Virus record (IMG/VR): IMGVR_UViG_3300046170_000301
DNA length: 64,000 bases
Origin: a virus
Strand: one strand, 5' to 3'
Shown: piece after piece, positions 1-7,944 of the stretch
How the letters are laid out: each line of letters starts with the position of its first letter
Numbering within the stretch: position 1 is the stretch's first letter
Translations under genes and position numbers: made by a program
Notes under the pieces: model-generated
What the model was told of the DNA's origin: nothing
Database searches by the model: none
Seen by the model: only the letters and a program-made list of their open reading frames with translations

Positions 1-743
1 TTAGATTCAATCTGCGGAACACCGACCCATGCATAATCTTGAAACTGCTGGTCAGATGCAGTTCCAAATGGAAGAGGATTATCTCTAATAATAGATTGAG
101 TTCTTCTTACACAAGTAAAGTTATCACCAAGCGCATCATTTCTAGACTCATAATAATATCCATCAAATTTATCAAAAATACCATACTTTTTAATAGCAGG
201 GTTTCTTACAGCAACATTACCATATCCTTGATTAGTATTATAGATTGTATAAGGAGCACGATTTAGTTTAACCCCAAATGTAGCAGCAGAAACACGTCCA
301 GGTTGATAACGGAAAAATCTTTTTGATGTAAGAATAGAATAATTATCTGCTGGTGCTTCAATCATAGCACCTGCTTCTTCAGCAATGTGGGTTAGGCCCC
401 AGTCTTGGTCTCCACCATAATTATTGTAAAGTTCATACAAACTACCATTATCTTGATACTGCTCAAGAGAAGTAAACTGCTCTGGGAATGAAGTCCACTC
501 AGTTGGGTTTACATCATAAGTGTTAACGTCAGCAAAAATACCAAGTGCTACCTCAGAACGAGGTATTCCAAGTAGTGATAATGCTACTTCGGATTGTTGT
601 TTATTCTGTTCTTCAACAGGAATAGGTGATTGGTCACTGGCAACAACAACTGGAACAGAATTAGCAGATGTTTGTTGACCAGGAGGGACTGGGGCGGTTC
701 TTCCGACAACAACAACTGCTGAATTATTATTTACACCTGCCAT
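1..743 (-). CDS. Virion structural / fibre-associated protein, 5' part only (runs off left edge)
   Basis: ATG at 743 with AGGAG SD; reads MAGVNNNSAVVVVGRTAPVPPGQQ...SKRFFRYQPGRVSAATFG with no stop seen; TATAAATA late promoter upstream; absent from ORF track because it is truncated. Confidence 0.75.
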   Translation of the reverse strand, partial: MAGVNNNSAVVVVGRTAPVPPGQQTSANSVPVVVASDQSPIPVEEQNKQQSEVALSLLGIPRSEVALGIFADVNTYDVNPTEWTSFPEQFTSLEQYQDNGSLYELYNNYGGDQDWGLTHIAEEAGAMIEAPADNYSILTSKRFFRYQPGRVSAATFGVKLNRAPYTIYNTNQGYGNVAVRNPAIKKYGIFDKFDGYYYESRNDALGDNFTCVRRTQSIIRDNPLPFGTASDQQFQDYAWVGVPQIES

Positions 744-800
744 TTTTTACTCCTAATGTGCTTTAATTGCGTAGCAACTTGTATGGTTATTTCTTTAATA

Positions 801-808
801 TATTTATA
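801..808 (-). promoter_or_regulatory. T4-type late promoter TATAAATA
   Basis: Exact gp55 consensus upstream of the structural gene. Confidence 0.75.
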
Positions 809-809
809 A

Positions 810-3578
810 TTAAGAGACTACCGAGAACACTCCTTTAGCAATAAGGAATCTTTCTCTTAGTTGAATATATCCAGTTCCTTTTGTTGGTGTTGCTCCCACT
901 CCAGTAATAGTAGTGGCAGTTAAATTACCAGATGAAGACTCTTCTAGATAAGGAAGCAATACAAGTTTATTTTGAGCACCCGCTTGCTTTTCTTTAATTC
1001 TCCAAACATCAACATTAGATGATGGGCTGAATGAGTGTGCAACTAGTTTGATATAATCATCAACAGCAACTGCATCAAATGTTGCAGCATTACTTACAAC
1101 AACAGTGTATTCTCCAGAAGAATATGTTCCAATTCCAAGAACATTATTAATATCGTTACCGATATCTTTATACTCAATGCCAGTTGCTTGGTAAACGTTA
1201 TATGTATTTTGAGTTGGTGCCGATATCAAAGTACTATTTGCTGCGGGCATTCTAAATCTAATCTGCCCAATAGTAATGTCATCAACTGGGTCCAAATTAC
1301 TATCAACTGGATTGACATATGTAAATACATCCCCACCAGCACCAGTAAGAATAGGACTAGCAAAGTCTACGGTTTCTGTTCCTCCAGATACAGTTGCTTC
1401 ATACACATTGAATCTTAGAGTAACATCACTCAAATCTTTTCCAACTCCAAATTCAATATATTGATACACAGGGGTTTCATTATCAACTCCATACTTAACG
1501 GAGATATTTACCCCATCATAGTCACTATCATACAAATCAGGAACAGCAATGTATTCATCAGAAGGACCTAGTATAAGATTATTCAATACACTTGTATTGA
1601 CAGAACCATAAATTTTAATTCCAGAACCACAGTTTCTTACAATACAACCATTAATAGCAAGAACTTTTCCCGTAGTAAAGTCTAATGCTCCTGGATAATT
1701 CTGGAATACTGATGCATTTACTTTAGTATTCTCACAATCTGTCATCAATACACAGTCAGTCTCATATCTTTCTGTTTCTGCACCATTAATAAAGTTACAG
1801 TTTTCAATAGAAAAATTAACAGACCCTTCTGCAAACAAAGCAGGACCAGAACTATTTCTTATTTTAACATTTTGTAATTTAACAAACTCGCTATTAGGCA
1901 ATCCAATTAAAGCGTTATTTGTTTCTAATCCCAAATCACTAAAGTCATATAATATTTCACCAGTAGCATTACCATCAAGTGTAATATCACCTAAAGTAAA
2001 ATTGTTTAGTGTCCAAGTAGATGAAGCATTTTCAAAATTATATGTCTTAGAGATAAACATAGCATTACGAAGACCAGATCTCTCAACAGAACTAATGTTT
2101 GTTGTTGTCCAGTATTGCTTTTTAAATATTGTAGCATCTGCTAATCCACGTAAAGTAAATCCATTTAGTAACTCAATAGTGTCAATTAAATACAAACCAC
2201 CAGGCATAATTAAGAAGTTTTTGCCAGAACTAGCAGCGGCATCTATTGCAGTTTGAATAGGAACAGTATCATCATGAACAATGCTAATATCATTATTTAA
2301 ATCTCCTTGAAGACCAGGAATATCAATCCAAAAAGAACCTTCACCACCATTAATATTCCTGATAGCACCAGTTGCCCATCCTCTTTTAGAATCCGATGGA
2401 GGATTTACTGGCATATGAACAGTATTGCTTGAGTATTCTCCCTTAGAATTTCTATTTGTCCATGAAGTTACATCATACTCACCATAATCCTGCCAGTTTG
2501 CATTCAATGTGTCTGATGTAAACTCTTTTGGTCCAAGAACTGCAATAAGTTTAAATGGCGTTTGGTCTGTTCCAATATTTGTGATGGCATTTTGAGCACT
2601 TACTTCTGCATCTGCTCCAGAAAACTCTGCTCGGTAAACAAGAATACCATTTCCTCTCACTCTTGTTAAGTTTAACACATTATAATTTGCTTCATTTATC
2701 TCGTTGGATGAAAGATTTTCTACAACGTCTGGATAAACAACAAACTCACTAACATCACCATTGTCTAGTGTGTAGTGAGCGAAAGCATATGCATAAAAAG
2801 AATGGGGAGTTTTTCCATCGTTAAATAAAACAGATTCAAATGAAGCAGTAATGGTTTGAGACCCAATAACAGGAGCACTTGGAAGGTCTTGTAATGGTGT
2901 CAAACTAGCACCAAAGATTTTTACATAATGATTAGCAGCAAAGTTAGAAATGTCTAATCTATTTTGTAAAACAACTTTCAAATAAGTATTAGAACCATCA
3001 ACTTGATACGAACTAGAAGAAACTTCATACTCATCGCCATCACCAGAAGCACCAAATTGTTCAGCAACACCGAAGTCTGTTTCTACTGGAAGCAACATAT
3101 TATAGTATGTTGTTCCATCATTAGTAAACTGCCATCTTTGTGATGCTTCACTCCATTTTAAAACTGTATCATCTTCATCACCACGATTAACAATAATGTT
3201 TGCATCATCTGTTGGAGGACCAACAACATCATTATTAAGTTTAATCTCGTTAGAACCAACCCCAAGATTACTAAGTCCAATGCTCGTTCCGTTTACCCGC
3301 AAGGAACCATTAATAACTACATCTCTTGATGCTGTAATGTCTCTAAAAGTAACATCAGAAGTAGTAGAAATCTGTTGCGGCAATCCTGCCCATTGAAGTC
3401 CAGTGCCAGTTGAGGTTAGGTATTGGCCAGATGTTCCAACACCAATACCATCACCGCTAGTATCTAATGGACCAAGTATTGTTAATACTTTACCAGTACT
3501 AATTTTAAGTCCTTTAATAGCTTCAACCTGACCATCATTGTCTAGGTTAGTTATTCTATCAGTTTTTACGAGAGACAT
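810..3578 (-). CDS. Tail fibre/spike protein with right-handed beta-helix (pectate-lyase-like) region
   Basis: 922 aa; DDTVPIQTAID...PGGLY motif followed by beta-helix repeats (VKLQNVKIRNS, FSIENCNF, INGCIVRNCG); late promoter upstream. Confidence 0.65.
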   Translation of the reverse strand: MSLVKTDRITNLDNDGQVEAIKGLKISTGKVLTILGPLDTSGDGIGVGTSGQYLTSTGTGLQWAGLPQQISTTSDVTFRDITASRDVVINGSLRVNGTSIGLSNLGVGSNEIKLNNDVVGPPTDDANIIVNRGDEDDTVLKWSEASQRWQFTNDGTTYYNMLLPVETDFGVAEQFGASGDGDEYEVSSSSYQVDGSNTYLKVVLQNRLDISNFAANHYVKIFGASLTPLQDLPSAPVIGSQTITASFESVLFNDGKTPHSFYAYAFAHYTLDNGDVSEFVVYPDVVENLSSNEINEANYNVLNLTRVRGNGILVYRAEFSGADAEVSAQNAITNIGTDQTPFKLIAVLGPKEFTSDTLNANWQDYGEYDVTSWTNRNSKGEYSSNTVHMPVNPPSDSKRGWATGAIRNINGGEGSFWIDIPGLQGDLNNDISIVHDDTVPIQTAIDAAASSGKNFLIMPGGLYLIDTIELLNGFTLRGLADATIFKKQYWTTTNISSVERSGLRNAMFISKTYNFENASSTWTLNNFTLGDITLDGNATGEILYDFSDLGLETNNALIGLPNSEFVKLQNVKIRNSSGPALFAEGSVNFSIENCNFINGAETERYETDCVLMTDCENTKVNASVFQNYPGALDFTTGKVLAINGCIVRNCGSGIKIYGSVNTSVLNNLILGPSDEYIAVPDLYDSDYDGVNISVKYGVDNETPVYQYIEFGVGKDLSDVTLRFNVYEATVSGGTETVDFASPILTGAGGDVFTYVNPVDSNLDPVDDITIGQIRFRMPAANSTLISAPTQNTYNVYQATGIEYKDIGNDINNVLGIGTYSSGEYTVVVSNAATFDAVAVDDYIKLVAHSFSPSSNVDVWRIKEKQAGAQNKLVLLPYLEESSSGNLTATTITGVGATPTKGTGYIQLRERFLIAKGVFSVVS

Positions 3579-3614
3579 TCTGCTATACGAGCACTAGATT
3601 TCCTTTTATGCATG

Positions 3615-3622
3615 TATTTATA
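3615..3622 (-). promoter_or_regulatory. T4-type late promoter TATAAATA
   Basis: Exact consensus upstream of the 922-aa gene. Confidence 0.75.
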
Positions 3623-3627
3623 TCATT

Positions 3628-3650
3628 AAAAAACCCTCCCGAAGGAGGGT
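3628..3650 (-). terminator. Rho-independent terminator after hli
   Basis: ACCCTCC-TTCG-GGAGGGT stem-loop plus T-tract. Confidence 0.85.
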
Positions 3651-3656
3651 AAAATA

Positions 3657-3773
3657 TCAAAGAACTCCAGGAATTAGTTGCCCAGTAGTAAGATAAGTTC
3701 CAACGGCAATAACAAAGCCAAGCATTGCCAAGCGTCCGTTGAGAATTTCTACACGATCGTTGAATCCAAACAT
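3657..3773 (-). CDS. hli: High-light inducible protein (chlorophyll a/b-binding family)
   Basis: Manual translation MFGFNDRVEILNGRLAMLGFVIAVGTYLTTGQLIPGVL has the ExxNGRxAMxG motif; strong AAGGAGG SD. Confidence 0.95.
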   Translation of the reverse strand: MFGFNDRVEILNGRLAMLGFVIAVGTYLTTGQLIPGVL

Positions 3774-3796
3774 TTGAGTTTCCTCCTTAAGGTAAA

Positions 3797-4627
3797 TTAG
3801 AATTTGAAGCCAAGACCAACAGTACCAACAGGTGAATACTGTCCGTCGTTGTTTTGATTGACGCTGTTATTTTGGAAAGGGAGCTTCACGTTAGCAAAAC
3901 CAACAAAGGAATCACTAAGGCGAGCTTCACTTCCAATCATAGCATAACCACCAGTGTTCTCACCATACATATTGTAAGAATTGTTAGGAGCACCGATAGC
4001 ACCGCCAACACCAACACCAGCGTTCACGTTCCAGGTAGCAACTGTGGAACCACCCTCAAGGGTCTTACGAGACAGAGGGTAATCAAAAGTCACAGCACCA
4101 CCCAGAAGGGTTTGGTTGTTGTCGTTGAAGGTCAGTTCGGGACGAAGGGAGATGGCGGCGTTGTTGTCCCACTGATACACACGGGCACGACCAACAATGG
4201 TAGCACCAGCAGTGTAATCTCCACCAACAGAGTCGTCGGAATAACCAGTGAAACCAAGACCAACGTAGTTACCAATCTGATAGTTACGACGTTGATCATC
4301 AACCTCAAGAGCAGTCAACCTCGGACCATATTCAGAACGAAGAGCAGCAGCAAGAGCGGCATCAGCAACAGTATAAAACTCAACAATGTTGGAGAGACAA
4401 TGATTAGTAAGTGCGGCCATTTGAGCACGAGTGGCTGGTTCTCCTGGACGGAAGGTTCCATCAAGAAACCCTTCAGCACAACCATAACGCTCCTTAAGGT
4501 TCAGGATCGCTTGATATGCCCAGTTAGTAGGCTGGACATCAGGAAACTGTACCTGTGGCGTTGCCATGGCAGGAGCAGCAAATGAAGTGGCAGCAACAGC
4601 ACCAGCAACAATAGAACGAAGTTTCAT
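3797..4627 (-). CDS. SLH-domain outer-membrane beta-barrel protein (cyanobacterial Som-porin-like N-terminus)
   Basis: Signal peptide, FPDVQPTNWAYQAI..YGC..G..DGTFRP...TRAQMAA SLH motif, amphipathic strands, C-terminal GLGFKF. Confidence 0.85.
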   Translation of the reverse strand: MKLRSIVAGAVAATSFAAPAMATPQVQFPDVQPTNWAYQAILNLKERYGCAEGFLDGTFRPGEPATRAQMAALTNHCLSNIVEFYTVADAALAAALRSEYGPRLTALEVDDQRRNYQIGNYVGLGFTGYSDDSVGGDYTAGATIVGRARVYQWDNNAAISLRPELTFNDNNQTLLGGAVTFDYPLSRKTLEGGSTVATWNVNAGVGVGGAIGAPNNSYNMYGENTGGYAMIGSEARLSDSFVGFANVKLPFQNNSVNQNNDGQYSPVGTVGLGFKF

Positions 4628-4696
4628 AGTTTAAGTAAAAATAACTACAAGGTTTATTTAGTGTTCTCCATTACATTTTCGTAATGTTTTGGAGAA

Positions 4697-4767
4697 AGCG
4701 AGTGACGGGGATCGAACCCGTGACAAGAGCTTGGAAGGCTCGCATGTTACCGCTACACCACACTCGC
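4697..4767 (-). tRNA. tRNA-Gly(TCC)
   Basis: Cloverleaf GCGAGTG...CT-TCC-AA...GGTTCGATCCC...CACTCGC. Confidence 0.95.
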
Positions 4768-4799
4768 AAGGGTGTGAGGGCGTTACTCCTCCATATAGT

Positions 4800-5054
4800 T
4801 TATCCGAAACTGATGACATCTTCAGATATGGGGGAAATATTATCTGTCATATAAAAATCGTAAAGTGTTCCTCCAGTATTAAAATCAGTTGTTGTGCTAA
4901 TTTTAATATCACCAACACTGGCAAGATTGTTACGTGAACGAACTTTGTTATATAAATCAAACAAATCAGTAATTACATCATCGTAACCAGCATCAAGAGC
5001 TTCAATAAGAACACGACGAATGAAATCTACAGAGCTTGATTGTTCTTGTGTCAT
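4800..5054 (-). CDS. Hypothetical early protein
   Basis: ORF; start moved to ATG 5054 because a consensus promoter lies at 5079-5107. Confidence 0.65.
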   Translation of the reverse strand: MTQEQSSSVDFIRRVLIEALDAGYDDVITDLFDLYNKVRSRNNLASVGDIKISTTTDFNTGGTLYDFYMTDNISPISEDVISFG

Positions 5055-5078
5055 AGTGTTTTTTGAAAGGACCTTCAA

Positions 5079-5107
5079 ATTATAGCAGTTGAAGCGTGTG
5101 CTGTCAA
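5079..5107 (-). promoter_or_regulatory. Sigma70-type early promoter
   Basis: TTGACA-N17-TATAAT with extended -10 TG. Confidence 0.85.
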
Positions 5108-5112
5108 CTAAG

Positions 5113-5184
5113 TCGGAGCATTTGGAATCGAACCAAAATCGCCAGTTCCCAAAACTGGAATGTTGACCATTATACTATGCCCCG
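5113..5184 (-). tRNA. tRNA-Pro(TGG)
   Basis: CGGGGCA...CCAGT-TTTGGGA-ACTGG...GGTTCGATTCC...TGCTCCG. Confidence 0.93.
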
Positions 5185-5294
5185 TTTCGATGTATGAACA
5201 TGATACCATAGATAGGAACCATGATCAAGAGAAATGCCAATAAACCAACGAATATTGGCATTTCCATTAAATTGGCAATTAAATTAGTAATCAT
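5175..5294 (-). CDS. Small single-pass membrane protein (39 aa)
   Basis: MITNLIANLMEMPIFVGLLAFLLIMVPIYGIMFIHRNGA; ATGA overlap with upstream stop. Confidence 0.6.
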   Translation of the reverse strand: MITNLIANLMEMPIFVGLLAFLLIMVPIYGIMFIHRNGA

Positions 5295-5542
5295 CTCACC
5301 TCAAAATCTAATCTACGAACCTTTCTTTTACGACGGTTCTCCTGAAACTCCATATCTTGTTTATTCAAGAGTTGGGGGGTCGTCTTCTGTCGGGGGTTTG
5401 ATATAATTTCCACTAAGGATAAGTTCTTGGCGCTTATGTTTGTACCACGGATGCTCGTAAGGTTGTCGCATTGGCAACTTCTCATCTGTGATGGGTGCTC
5501 CTCTAATTGCTTCCCGCAATTCTTGCATCTGATTATTAACAT
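5291..5542 (-). CDS. Small Cys-rich (putative Zn-binding) protein
   Basis: CKNC...CQC motif, AAGGA SD. Confidence 0.75.
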   Translation of the reverse strand: MLIIRCKNCGKQLEEHPSQMRSCQCDNLTSIRGTNISAKNLSLVEIISNPRQKTTPQLLNKQDMEFQENRRKRKVRRLDFEVR

Positions 5543-5642
5543 CTATAATCATCCTTTTAATATCTTCCAATTTTTCATGAATATCTTGATGATGAAACCG
5601 TAGAGGTTTCTGAATCAATTTGTTTAATTTCTTTTTCTTCAT
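5361..5642 (-). CDS. Hypothetical protein overlapping the Cys-rich gene in another frame
   Basis: MKKKKLNKLIQKPLRFHHQDIHE...; the longer track ORF extends into a tRNA-like element, so ATG 5642 is preferred. Confidence 0.5.
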   Translation of the reverse strand: MKKKKLNKLIQKPLRFHHQDIHEKLEDIKRMIIDVNNQMQELREAIRGAPITDEKLPMRQPYEHPWYKHKRQELILSGNYIKPPTEDDPPTLE

Positions 5643-5659
5643 ATTATTTATATGGATAA

Positions 5660-5733
5660 TGGGAGATACTGGATTTGAACCTAAGACTTCTTGGTTCATA
5701 GCCAAGCACTCTGTACAACTGAGTTAAGAGAGT
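5660..5733 (-). pseudogene. Chimeric pseudo-tRNA (Arg-ACG-like 5' body with ATG anticodon, unrelated Val-like 3' end)
   Basis: D and anticodon arms pair (CTTGG-CTATGAA-CCAAG); T-stem (TTAGG/CCAGT) and acceptor (ACTCTCT/ATCTCCC) do not. Confidence 0.7.
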
Positions 5734-5740
5734 ATTAATT

Positions 5741-5815
5741 TGGCGAAGGGTGAGAGATTTGAACTCCCATCGCAAGGTTTTGGAGACCTGCATCTTACCA
5801 TTAGAATAACCCAAC
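5741..5815 (-). tRNA. tRNA-Trp(CCA) with encoded CCA; two U-U mismatches in acceptor stem
   Basis: GTTGGGT...AGGT-CTCCAAA-ACCT...GGGAGTTCAAATCTCTC-ACCCTTC-GCCA. Confidence 0.8.
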
Positions 5816-5824
5816 AAAATTTAT

Positions 5825-5885
5825 AGTGGGAGTGTGGAGTCGAATCAACGAAGGTTTTACCCTCACGGTTTAGCAAAACCTTGAT
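5825..5885 (-). pseudogene. Decayed tRNA-Ser(GCT) remnant
   Basis: GGTT-TTGCTAA-ACC anticodon arm, long variable arm GAGGGT-AAA-ACCTTC, TTCGACT loop; no 5' half. Confidence 0.5.
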
Positions 5886-5942
5886 AGGAACTAGCATTAT
5901 AGAAAATTATAGGGAGTGGAATTTACTCCCTTCTAAGTATTA

Positions 5943-6581
5943 CTAGGCAGCAAAACCAACCTTTGTTTTTATAATAGTTCTATTTGACTTAAACAAGGAA
6001 ATACCCGTTGGCTTACCGTAGTTTTTAACAGTTTTAAGCCTATCTTCGTTGGAATAAAAATCTCTTCGTATTCTTTTTGATTTATCAATAATCAACTCAA
6101 TAACATCACTTATAGGGCAACTTCCTATAACAGTTGAATATAAAATAGTTTTACCTTCATCATAGAAAGCAAAAAGTTGATCCAATTGTTCCAAAAACTT
6201 TACTGTTGATTTTTGATTGTATGAGGTTCCCATATATTGATGAATTAAATTCAAATAATAATCCACACAAACAGCGTGAATACTCCTCAAGGATAGATCA
6301 AGGCTTCCATCAGATCTTGTGTAGTAATAAACTTTAGCAATACCATTTCTTCGAGTATAAAGATCTTTTGAAATAAAAGGGGACTGTTCTTCTGGAAAAG
6401 ACATCCATAGATGATCCAAGCGGGTACTAGGACATTCGTTAAGTGGCTTATCCATTTTAAATTCTTTGATGGAAACATTCATCAAACAAAGATGATGCTC
6501 ATCTTCACGCTTACGCCATTCTGATAGATGCCCCTGAAAAAGAACCTGCTTACCTTCAAATGGAACTAATTGGCTTCTCAT
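5943..6581 (-). CDS. Hypothetical protein inserted in tRNA cluster
   Basis: 212-aa ORF followed by AGGGAGT/ACTCCCT hairpin (5911-5931); no family recognised. Confidence 0.7.
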   Translation of the reverse strand: MRSQLVPFEGKQVLFQGHLSEWRKREDEHHLCLMNVSIKEFKMDKPLNECPSTRLDHLWMSFPEEQSPFISKDLYTRRNGIAKVYYYTRSDGSLDLSLRSIHAVCVDYYLNLIHQYMGTSYNQKSTVKFLEQLDQLFAFYDEGKTILYSTVIGSCPISDVIELIIDKSKRIRRDFYSNEDRLKTVKNYGKPTGISLFKSNRTIIKTKVGFAA

Positions 6582-6645
6582 AATATAGTATCAATTATTA
6601 TTAATAAGAGTAACAATTTACCCGTATGTTACTTGGAACAACCAA

Positions 6646-6717
6646 CAGGCGTACCTGGACTCGAACCAGGAATAAGGGTTTAGAAGACCCGTGTGATATC
6701 CGTTTCACCATACGCCC
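6646..6717 (-). tRNA. tRNA-Arg(TCT)
   Basis: GGGCGTA...GGGT-CTTCTAA-ACCC...CCTGGTTCGAGTCCAGG-TACGCCT. Confidence 0.95.
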
Positions 6718-6805
6718 ATAAGAGTCTTCCCTGTTTGAGCATCGTTGAGAGGCTTGGGAGAGGTAGGACTTACACTAAGTTTGGACCTCCGTTGCTAATG
6801 AAGTT

Positions 6806-6834
6806 ATTATATCACTCCTTGGGACAATCGTCAA
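6806..6834 (-). promoter_or_regulatory. Sigma70-type promoter driving the tRNA cluster
   Basis: TTGACG-N17-TATAAT. Confidence 0.8.
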
Positions 6835-7246
6835 CCCAGGTAGCACAGAGTCTCATTGGTCCTCCAAGTAGTCCAGCATCACCACTTTGATTTTCTGGTT
6901 TTGCTTCTTCTTCAACATATCTTGGTTGATATCTTTTGTTGTCTTCCTCAATTATTCTATCATACTCTGGGGTTACTTTGTCAATAGATTTATCAACTTC
7001 CATTTCAATTTTAGAATCTAGTGCCTTTTCAGTATGTTCTTTTGGTATCACATATTGAAGATTAAAGTGTTGAACAATAGCACTGTAAATTTTTAATAGT
7101 TCTTTCTCATCTATTTTTAACCAACCAGAAATACTTGCAACAAGAAATAATAAGATTGAAGAAATTATCAATCCTTTAAATTTTTTTCCACTTAAGATTG
7201 GAAGAATTTTAAATTTTCCATCTTTGACTTCAAATAATTTAAACAT
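6812..7246 (-). CDS. Membrane-anchored hypothetical protein in lysis region
   Basis: One TM segment (GLIISSILLFLVASISGWL) then a helical charged domain. Confidence 0.7.
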   Translation of the reverse strand: MFKLFEVKDGKFKILPILSGKKFKGLIISSILLFLVASISGWLKIDEKELLKIYSAIVQHFNLQYVIPKEHTEKALDSKIEMEVDKSIDKVTPEYDRIIEEDNKRYQPRYVEEEAKPENQSGDAGLLGGPMRLCATWVDDCPKE

Positions 7247-7532
7247 CGTTTTCTTTGTAAAATTTTTCTATTGCATCATCTACAATTTGTTTATAATCAA
7301 TCTGTTTTTTATCTCTCAATTTCTTAGTATCAAAAGTTAAAGTTGGTGTTATCGAATTATCTTCTTCGACAGTTACCTTTAAACCAAAAATATTTTTCTT
7401 TAGTTGAATATTTAATGTATTTACACTCTCTAAAGATACCTCTACCTTATCATTTTCTGCTTTTATGAATCCAGATTTTGCCAAAATATCAACAACGTCC
7501 TTTTCGGATTCTGGAAAATTATCGATTGACAT
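7239..7532 (-). CDS. Hypothetical protein
   Basis: 97-aa ORF overlapping the next gene. Confidence 0.65.
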   Translation of the reverse strand: MSIDNFPESEKDVVDILAKSGFIKAENDKVEVSLESVNTLNIQLKKNIFGLKVTVEEDNSITPTLTFDTKKLRDKKQIDYKQIVDDAIEKFYKENDV

Positions 7533-7581
7533 AAAAAAAGAGAAGATTTTCCTCCTCTATTTATTCTACTATTTAATTATT

Positions 7582-7944
7582 TCAAACTCTTGAATAACAA
7601 ACTCTTACATGTCCTTGAGATGGAATTGCAATAGAAGAGAATGCACCGTAAGAAAGATCAAGATCTCTACCACCAACATATGGACCTCGGTCATTCACAC
7701 GAACAATCACAGATTTACCATTAGATTGATTTGTCACTCGTAGTTTAGTTCCAAAAGGAAACCAACGATGTGCTACAGAATTACCGTAGGCATTGTAGGT
7801 TTCTCCATTAGCAGTTGTCCTACCGTGGTATCCATCACCAATACCATAATGTGAAGCAGTAGTGCATCCGCTGGACGCTTTTGCTTCTGGAGTTGCCAGT
7901 CCCAAAGAAGCAACAGCAAAAAGAATAGATGAAAATAGGCGCAT
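7582..7944 (-). CDS. rlpA: RlpA-like lytic transglycosylase (DPBB domain), secreted
   Basis: ASHYG..YHGRTTANGE..AHR..PFGT.LRVTN..V.VRVNDRGPY..R.LDLS; signal peptide from ATG 7944. Confidence 0.9.
   Translation of the reverse strand: MRLFSSILFAVASLGLATPEAKASSGCTTASHYGIGDGYHGRTTANGETYNAYGNSVAHRWFPFGTKLRVTNQSNGKSVIVRVNDRGPYVGGRDLDLSYGAFSSIAIPSQGHVRVCYSRV

Noticed and set aside
3854-4585. 243-aa plus-strand ORF and other long antisense ORFs (31824-32678, 30441-30989, 30010-30501, those within the fibre repeat)
   Set aside because: They mirror well-supported minus-strand genes, show no recognisable motifs, and are expected from codon bias or repeats.
4689-4937. Track ORFs overlapping tRNAs (4689-4937, 6693-6890) and 5' extensions into RNA elements (5643-5705, 24917-25009, 25451-25498)
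   Set aside because: They overlap tRNAs, terminators or UTR hairpins, and better starts exist downstream.
6600-6645. tRNA-associated HDV-like (theta) ribozyme or NtcA box
   Set aside because: No nested double-pseudoknot pattern seen 3' of the Arg or Gly tRNAs, and the GTA..TAC spacing does not match GTA-N8-TAC.
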